A DNA stretch of 64,000 bases from Planctomycetota bacterium (lineage in GTDB: Bacteria; Planctomycetota; GCA-002687715; DRQF01): assembly GCA_036479435.1 (NCBI GenBank), contig JAZGFI010000277.1, positions 11,247 through 75,246 of the forward strand. The letters run 5' to 3'. Below are positions 57,586 to 64,000 of the stretch, piece after piece. The notes under the pieces are model-generated. The model had not been told where the DNA came from, searched no databases, and was given only the letters and a program-made list of their open reading frames with translations. The position numbers and the translations under genes were made by a program. Each line of letters begins with the position of its first letter. The first letter of the stretch is position 1.

Positions 57586-59520
57586 TCATTTCTTGGAATC
57601 GACGCGGTCACGCATCATAGCGCAAAACTCATCGATGTTGAGGGACCCGTGGTCTTCCCCTCCGCGCTCGCGAATGGAGAGGGTCTTTTCCTCGGCCTCC
57701 CGGTTGCCGATGACAGCCGTGAAGGGAATCTTCATCATTTGCGAGTGGCGAATCTTGGCGCCGAGCTTGGCGTTCTCGAACTGTCGCTCGACGCGGAATC
57801 CGCGCTTCGTCAACTCGTCTGCGATCTCAGCGCCAAAGGCGTTGCAATCGTCATTGATCGTCGCCACCGAAACTTGCACCGGTGCAAGCCAAATCGGAAA
57901 GGCCCCGGCGAAGTGCTCGATGATGATTCCGAAGAATCGTTCGATCGACCCGAGGACGGCGCGGTGAACCATCACCGGCCGCGATTTACTGCCTTCGGGG
58001 TTGATGTACTCAAGCTCAAAGCGCTCCGGCATGACGAAGTCGAGCTGGCAAGTACCGAGCTGCCATTCGCGGCGAAGGGCATCCAAGACGACAAAGTCGA
58101 TTTTCGGGCCGTAGAAGGCGCCGTCGCCGGCATTCAACTCGAAGTCGATATTGTTGGCCTTGAGCGCGGTTTCTAGCCCAGCCTCGGCCTTTTTCCAAAC
58201 CTCGTCGCTGCCGACCGATTGCTCCGGCCGGGTCGAAAAGTAGACCTTGATCTCCGCGAAGCCGAAGTCCGAGTAGATCTCTTTGATCATCGAAATGACG
58301 CCGGAAATCTCTTCGGCAATCTGATCTTCTGTACAAAAGATGTGGGCGTCGTCCTGCGCGAAACTCCGCACGCGCGTCAACCCCCCCGTCGCCCCCGTTC
58401 GCTCGTAACGGTGCAGCCGTCCGAAGTCCGCCATGCGTATCGGCAAGTCGCGGTAGGAGTGAAGGTGCATCCCATACATCAAACAATGGCAGGGGCAATT
58501 CATGGGCTTCACCGCAAAGTCGTTGTCGTCGACTTTGGTGAAGAACATGTTGTCTTTGTATTTGTCCCAGTGGCCGGACTGACGCCAAAGATCGTTGTTG
58601 AGGATGATAGGCGTGATGACTTCAGAGTAGCCGTAGCGCTGGTATTTTTCGCGCACGTAGTCCTGAAGCATGTTGTAAATGCGCGCACCCTTGTCGAAGA
58701 AAAAGGGAGTCGCCGGGGCCGCAGGGTTGAAAGCAAAAAGCTGAAGTTCTTTGCCTAGCTTACGGTGATCGCGCTTCTTCGCCTCTTCCAAGCGTTCGAG
58801 GTGGACCCTTAGCTCCTTACGGCTGTTGAACGCGGTGCCGTAAATGCGCTGTAGCATCTGGCGCTTTTCGTCGCCGCGCCAGTAGGCGCCCGCGACGGTC
58901 ATGAGCTTCCAGGCTTTCACATAGCCGGTGCTGGGAACGTGAGGGCCGCGGCAAAGATCCTCGAAGCGACCGTCGCCGTGACGGTAGAGCGAAATGGGCT
59001 CAGCCGGATCAAAGCCCTCGATGAGCTCAACCTTGTAGATTTCGCCGCTCTTACGAAAACGCTCGAGCGTTTCGCAGCGATCGACATCGCAGAACTCAAA
59101 GGGCGTGTTGGCTTTGACGACTTCCGTCATCTTCGCTTCGATTTTCGTCAGGTCCTCGTCAGTAAAGCGATGCTCGAGATCGATGTCGTAGTAGAAGCCG
59201 TCGGCCGTAGACGGGCCGATCGACAACTTGGCATCTGGCCACAGCTGCAAGATGACATCGGCCATGATGTGAGACGCGGAGTGGCGGATGACCTGCAGGC
59301 CTTCCATAGACGTACAGGTCACGATCTCGATGCTGCAGTCTTCTTGCAAAGGACGGCGGAGATCGACAATCTCCTTGCTCCCGTTGAGCTTGGCACCGAC
59401 CGTGACTTTGGCGAGACCGGGACCAATGAGGGTCGCCAGATCGAGCACCGTTTGACCGGCCTCAAGCTGTCTCTCACTCCCATCTGGAAGTGTCACCTTT
59501 ACCACTGCCACCCCGTCCAT
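57586..59520 (-). CDS. thrS: Threonine--tRNA ligase
   Basis: TGS domain, RHSASH, DLCRGPH, RDHRKLG, KPMNCPCH and GAFYGPKID. Confidence 0.98.
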   Translation of the reverse strand: MDGVAVVKVTLPDGSERQLEAGQTVLDLATLIGPGLAKVTVGAKLNGSKEIVDLRRPLQEDCSIEIVTCTSMEGLQVIRHSASHIMADVILQLWPDAKLSIGPSTADGFYYDIDLEHRFTDEDLTKIEAKMTEVVKANTPFEFCDVDRCETLERFRKSGEIYKVELIEGFDPAEPISLYRHGDGRFEDLCRGPHVPSTGYVKAWKLMTVAGAYWRGDEKRQMLQRIYGTAFNSRKELRVHLERLEEAKKRDHRKLGKELQLFAFNPAAPATPFFFDKGARIYNMLQDYVREKYQRYGYSEVITPIILNNDLWRQSGHWDKYKDNMFFTKVDDNDFAVKPMNCPCHCLMYGMHLHSYRDLPIRMADFGRLHRYERTGATGGLTRVRSFAQDDAHIFCTEDQIAEEISGVISMIKEIYSDFGFAEIKVYFSTRPEQSVGSDEVWKKAEAGLETALKANNIDFELNAGDGAFYGPKIDFVVLDALRREWQLGTCQLDFVMPERFELEYINPEGSKSRPVMVHRAVLGSIERFFGIIIEHFAGAFPIWLAPVQVSVATINDDCNAFGAEIADELTKRGFRVERQFENAKLGAKIRHSQMMKIPFTAVIGNREAEEKTLSIRERGGEDHGSLNIDEFCAMMRDRVDSKK

Positions 59521-59641
59521 CGCTTAAACTATTCCTATCAAATGACTTATAGCCGATCAGATTGGCCTTCAGCGCGGGCAGATTTTCTCTGTGAGCGCAG
59601 AATGCCAGGGCGAAGTTGTAGCACGGCAAGGGGGGCTACGC

Positions 59642-59684
59642 AAACAGCCACAAAGGCTCCTAACCGGAGTCTCTGTGGCTATTT
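59642..59684 (-). terminator. Hairpin (terminator-like) upstream of thrS
   Basis: Minus strand AAATAGCCACAGAGACTCC-GGTTA-GGAGCCTTTGTGGCTGTTT, a long stem with G-U pairs. Confidence 0.5.
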
Positions 59685-59843
59685 ACAAGTCATAGGCCTG
59701 CGGCTTCGCGCCGCATCCGGCCGCTGGCCACGCACCGTATTGGTCCGTGCCCCGCTGGCCGCATCGTCAGCTGACTCAGCCGCTGCGGGCATGGTCAATT
59801 GGGGCCCAACAAGTCGATGATCCGCGAGGATCATCGGGATCAT
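59679..59843 (-). CDS. Putative small protein (54 aa)
   Basis: AGGAAGGGAG RBS-like element before the ATG. The stop codon abuts the hairpin. Confidence 0.3.
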   Translation of the reverse strand: MIPMILADHRLVGPQLTMPAAAESADDAASGARTNTVRGQRPDAARSRRPMTCK

Positions 59844-59953
59844 CGCACTCCCTTCCTGCGCCACATCCCCCCTAAGGGCTGAGGCTTTGCTCTCTCAAAA
59901 GATAGAGCGGCTTATTTTGTCCTTCAGAACAGAAAACTTCTGACTTTTTTCAG

Positions 59954-61732
59954 TCAGGACTCTTCGGGCGCCTCAGGGGCGGGGGGCGTAAAGGTTAGCC
60001 CCAACTCCTCAAAGGCCCCGTCCATCGGTTCCGACGGCGAGTCCATCATGGGGTCGATACCACTCGAGTTCTTGGGGAAGGCGATGACGTCGCGGATGTT
60101 GTCATAGCCGAGCATCACCATGACCAAGCGGTCGATGCCCAGGGCGATCCCGCCATGCGGGGGCGCCCCGTACTCCAATGCCTGCAAGAACCACCCGAAC
60201 TTCTCGTTGGCTTCTTCTTCATCCATTCCGATCAGCTCGAAAATGCGGCGCTGAATGTCGGCGCGGTGGATGCGGACACTGCCCGACCCCATTTCGTTGC
60301 CGTTCACCACGAGGTCGTACTGATTGCCCAACACGTCACCCAATTTCGAGTTATCCGCAGGCAGATCTTTCTTCGGCATGGTGAACATGTGGTGCATCGC
60401 GCCCCACCCGCCGTGCTCTTCGCTGTATTCGAACAAGGGGAAGTCGCAGATCCACAGTACATCGGTGACGTTACGGTCGATCAGATCAAGGTCTTGGCCG
60501 AGCCGCTGCCTGACGGCGGCGAGGGCCGCAAATACGACGTCGTTTTTGTCCGCAACAAAGACCAACAGGTCACCGTCCACGGCCCCCATCTGATCGCAAA
60601 TCGCTTTTCGTTCGTCCTCGCTCAAAAACTTTGCGACCGGACCGCTTGGCCCGTCGGCAGCGAGTTTCATCCAAGCAAGGCCCTTGGCGCCGTGCTCTTT
60701 CGCGAGCTTCTCAAGTTTGTCGACCTTTTTGCGAGACACGGCCTTAGCGCCGCCCGGCACGCGGATACCCCGTACCGAACCACCGCCCGAGATCGCGCCG
60801 CTGAAAACCTGAAACCCGCATTCCTTCAGCGTTTCCGAGCAATCCACGAGTTCCAAGCCGAAGCGCGTGTCGGGCTTGTCGATGCCAAAGCGATCCATCG
60901 CTTCGCGATAACTCATCCGCGGAAACTCGACCGGAAGGTCTTCGCCCAGCACTTCTTTCCACAGCCGAACCAGCGTCTTCTCGATTACCAAAAAGACGTC
61001 ATCTGAACGCACAAAGGACATTTCCATGTCCAACTGCGTAAATTCAGGCTGACGGTCTGCCCGCAGGTCTTCGTCGCGCAAGCATTTGCAAATTTGGAAG
61101 TACTTGTCGATTCCGCTGACCATCAAGGCCTGCTTCATCAACTGCGGCGACTGCGGCATGGCGTACACTTTGCCGGGCTGCATCCGCGACGGCACGATGA
61201 AATCGCGCGCCCCTTCGGGCGACGTCTTCATCAAGAGCGGCGTTTCAACCTCGCAAAAGTCTTCTCCGTGAAAGACCTCGCGAATGATCTGGCAAATCCG
61301 ACTTCGCGTCTGAATGGCCTTGCTTAGAACCGGACGCCGCATGTCGACGTAGCGAAACCGCAGCCGCGTGTCTTCATTCGCCTTCACATCATCTTTCACT
61401 TCAAAGGGCGGCGTCAAGCTTAGGTTCAGGATCTCAATTTCAGAACAGCTGACCTCAATGGCGCCCGTCGGCATGCTCTCGTTGGGATTGCCGCCGGGGC
61501 GCTCCTGCACCCTCCCTTTTACTGCGATCACCGTTTCGCGGCTCAGCTCGTCGGCGTTCGCAACCTTCTCGGGGTCGATGTTAACTTGCGTCACGCCGTA
61601 GCGATCTCGCAAATCGACGAAGTAAAGCCCGCCCAGATCTCGGCGCACCGAGACCCAACCATTCAAAATCACTTCCTGCCCGGCATGCTCCGCACGGAGT
61701 TCCCCGCAGTTGTGTGTTCTTTGGAGCTTCAT
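59954..61732 (-). CDS. aspS: Aspartate--tRNA ligase
   Basis: RTHNCGEL, RRDLGG, PEGARDF, RDEDLRADRQPEFTQLD and GAPPHGGIALGIDR. Confidence 0.98.
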   Translation of the reverse strand: MKLQRTHNCGELRAEHAGQEVILNGWVSVRRDLGGLYFVDLRDRYGVTQVNIDPEKVANADELSRETVIAVKGRVQERPGGNPNESMPTGAIEVSCSEIEILNLSLTPPFEVKDDVKANEDTRLRFRYVDMRRPVLSKAIQTRSRICQIIREVFHGEDFCEVETPLLMKTSPEGARDFIVPSRMQPGKVYAMPQSPQLMKQALMVSGIDKYFQICKCLRDEDLRADRQPEFTQLDMEMSFVRSDDVFLVIEKTLVRLWKEVLGEDLPVEFPRMSYREAMDRFGIDKPDTRFGLELVDCSETLKECGFQVFSGAISGGGSVRGIRVPGGAKAVSRKKVDKLEKLAKEHGAKGLAWMKLAADGPSGPVAKFLSEDERKAICDQMGAVDGDLLVFVADKNDVVFAALAAVRQRLGQDLDLIDRNVTDVLWICDFPLFEYSEEHGGWGAMHHMFTMPKKDLPADNSKLGDVLGNQYDLVVNGNEMGSGSVRIHRADIQRRIFELIGMDEEEANEKFGWFLQALEYGAPPHGGIALGIDRLVMVMLGYDNIRDVIAFPKNSSGIDPMMDSPSEPMDGAFEELGLTFTPPAPEAPEES

Positions 61733-61905
61733 GGCTCGCCTTCCCGGCTCAAGATGACTGAGGATCACGCCCGACCTTATCTCGTCGGAGGCGTGTGCTC
61801 GCAGGGTAGCCACTGGCCGAAGCCTCCTCCAGCGACCAAAGTTGCCAATTTGGGTCGGGGACTGCAGGGCTGGTGTGATTTGCGGGCCGAAGCCTCTGGA
61901 CTCAG

Positions 61906-63399
61906 TTACCTGAACGGTTCTTGCGGTGGGAGAGGTGTTTTTGGGGGGGGAGTCGAAGGTACCGGGACCGACTGGGTCTTGTTGCCGTCGGAGGCGTGGA
62001 TGGCCTTGAGGGTTTCCGCGAGGCGCTGACGCATTTTTTGGCGTTCGGGATGATCGTCGGGCAGAGACTTCTCGTGAAGCCTGCGCACTTTGCGAACTTG
62101 GAATCGCAGGTTTCTCGACGTCGAACGCTCAAAGGTACCGGTAAAAGTACTGGCGTAGTTAACGACACTCCGCAAGTAGGCCGGATCGTCGATAGCACCG
62201 TGATTCGCCCTCGCTTCGAGCACCTGCTTGAGAAGGGCCCTCGCTCCACCTTTTTCGCCAAGATCAAGAAGAGTAAGGGCGTAGTTCTCGCGGCTCCAAG
62301 CGACCTCAAGATCATTGACAGTCGGGGCCGCTTCTCGGACCTTGAGGGCTCGGCCAAAAAGACCTCGCGCTCTTTCGAATTTACCCAAAGCCCTCAACAC
62401 AAGGGCCAGAGATTCACGACTGTCCTGAAGGTCGGGATGGTTTCCGGCGAGCAGTTTCTCCTGCATCATCAGGGCTTTTTCGAGCAACACTTTGGCGCCT
62501 CGGACATCGCCAAGGTCAAACAAGGCCGAGGCATAGTATTCACGTACCGTTAACACTTCCGCGACATCAACGGGGATCACCGTCTCACAGGCATCGATAA
62601 TCTGATTGTAGAATCGTCTCGTTCCCGCGAGATCACCGAGATTGTCCAAGACCGCCGCGGCGTCGCGACGGGCTCTTTGCATATCCGGGTGCGTAGCTGG
62701 TAGAGTTGCCTCGCGCACCAAGTCGAGGATTTGCCAGATGCGAATCGCGCTCTCGGTGTCGCTTCCGTAGTGGAGTTGGACCGCGAGACTCAACAGGGCT
62801 TGAGTGAGACCGCGGTCAATGACGTTCGGCAGGGTTTTCTCTAGCCCCGCGATGAACTCAATGCCAACGCGGCGAGCTTCGACGCCCTCTTGCCATTTCC
62901 GAAGCCGTCGGATTTTCTTGATGACCGCGCCGATTCTCTCCGTAAGTCCCGACATTGCCGTCGTCGCCGGCGTCTCGATGATCGCGATCTGGCAAGGTTG
63001 AGTGCTGACACCGCCAGCTCCCGAGGCGCTGCCGCCAACCATGACATCCAATAGTAGCCTAAAGGTAGCGCCCTTAGTGACCGGAACATAAAGATGGGCG
63101 TCCATGCCTACGCAGAGGTCGTCGTCGAACTTCAGCCGCCCGCCATTCGCACCAAAGATCGTAACCATGATGTCCCGGTCTTCGGTGTGGACTCGTATCG
63201 AAGCTTCACCGCCAACTGTCGCGCGATATCTAAACGCCCTCGTGACGCCCGGCTTCAATCTGAATTCTCGGACTTTGCCAGGTGCGATCTCACCGGCGAT
63301 TTCCTTGCGCCCCCCGGGCTTCGGAGCTTGTCGATCCTGGGCCACGCCGGTGAACACCAGCAGCAACAAGGCCATTATTGAAATCGTGATTCGAATCAT
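61906..63399 (-). CDS. Secreted TPR-repeat protein with an N-terminal PPC-like beta domain
   Basis: Signal peptide, a LKFDDD...DAHL PPC-like segment, ~42-aa kinesin-light-chain-type TPRs (HPDL..SRESLA) and a Pro-rich tail. Confidence 0.75.
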   Translation of the reverse strand: MIRITISIMALLLLVFTGVAQDRQAPKPGGRKEIAGEIAPGKVREFRLKPGVTRAFRYRATVGGEASIRVHTEDRDIMVTIFGANGGRLKFDDDLCVGMDAHLYVPVTKGATFRLLLDVMVGGSASGAGGVSTQPCQIAIIETPATTAMSGLTERIGAVIKKIRRLRKWQEGVEARRVGIEFIAGLEKTLPNVIDRGLTQALLSLAVQLHYGSDTESAIRIWQILDLVREATLPATHPDMQRARRDAAAVLDNLGDLAGTRRFYNQIIDACETVIPVDVAEVLTVREYYASALFDLGDVRGAKVLLEKALMMQEKLLAGNHPDLQDSRESLALVLRALGKFERARGLFGRALKVREAAPTVNDLEVAWSRENYALTLLDLGEKGGARALLKQVLEARANHGAIDDPAYLRSVVNYASTFTGTFERSTSRNLRFQVRKVRRLHEKSLPDDHPERQKMRQRLAETLKAIHASDGNKTQSVPVPSTPPPKTPLPPQEPFR

Positions 63400-63815
63400 C
63401 GTGCGTGAACTCCATCCAGAGTTCCTGGGGCTCTGAACCTGCAAACAAGACACCGGACATGAAACGTTACAACAGACAATAGGCTCCTGCCAAGGAAGAA
63501 CTATTCTCATCCCTCGCCAGAACTCCCCTCATCACGACATTCTCGGCCCTGAGCCAAACCTATCCCCGTGATGGCCTCTACTCTCAAGTCGTCCAAACAA
63601 GGCCTGCACCCACTGCCAAATTCACCCCATGGGTATTAACTCAATAAGAACCGCCCTTGAGAACGAAACCCGCAACAACTGCGTCAGACCATTTTCACCG
63701 CCCTTTCCCTCACCATCCCTCAAAGTCAGCTGCATAAGAAAGCGTTTGATGGCCAGGGGCCACCAAACGCTTTGAACATCGCCGTGATTGCAGGTTGGGT
63801 TGAGCTGCTGAATTC

Positions 63816-63998
63816 CTATCGGGCTGAGGAAGTTTTGTCGATAGTCCTTCTTCCCACTCCCAAAGCCGTCGCTAGCGCCTTCGTGCGTTTGGGACTAGGG
63901 CCTTGGTGGAAGGACGACAAAAGGACAACCGCAACTCCAAGGTAAACACGGCGGCCAAGAAACCGTGTGGATGGAGGAGCGGCCCTTAGACGACATGA
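63816..63998 (-). pseudogene. Probable truncated IS/transposon accessory gene; 5' part lies outside the window
   Basis: Manual translation SCRLRAAPPSTRFLGRRVYLGVAVVLLSSFHQG...LGVGRRTIDKTSSAR* resembles small ORFs I recall beside DDE transposase/ExeA-ATPase elements, but it stops early. Confidence 0.45.
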
Positions 63999-64000
63999 GG

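Noticed and set aside
1..64000. CRISPR arrays, tRNA/rRNA, prophage or defence genes
   Set aside because: No spaced direct repeats, cloverleafs or hallmark proteins were seen by eye. Small RNAs could have been missed.

Overview
A GC-rich, densely coding bacterial chromosomal window with about 45 genes. It is most consistent with Planctomycetota (inferred from the short PheT lacking the B2 domain, alpha2-type GlyRS, many HEAT/TPR secreted proteins and the nfeD-nfeD-floA cluster). I saw no rRNA, tRNA or CRISPR array. The left 13 kb is a co-oriented minus-strand cluster with two tightly coupled gene runs: TMTC-like GT-C, DUF1573-like protein and a tetraheme cytochrome lipoprotein with a CGC/metallophosphoesterase-like domain; then an Fbp-type ABC importer whose binding protein is C-terminally anchored and lacks the Tyr-Tyr motif, a pentaheme cytochrome and a HEAT lipoprotein; then a non-canonical sulfatase-fold enzyme. 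This cluster is the best candidate for an undescribed redox-coupled uptake system. The middle holds an orphan SBP/histidine kinase/sigma54 regulator set, nfeD-nfeD-floA, lolE/lolD-like genes, a ~1,880-aa Ser/Thr kinase-NTPase-TPR-GAF-HisKA-REC hybrid with a degenerate HATPase, polA-prs, an M14 peptidase, an O-antigen-ligase/TPR protein and a Kelch lipoprotein. The right part is a translation block (glyQS, pheST, rplT, rpmI, infC, thrS, aspS). It also has a perfect 75-bp palindrome, structured intergenic segments and a probable IS-associated gene remnant at the edge. Family assignments come from recognising motifs by eye, not from database searches.
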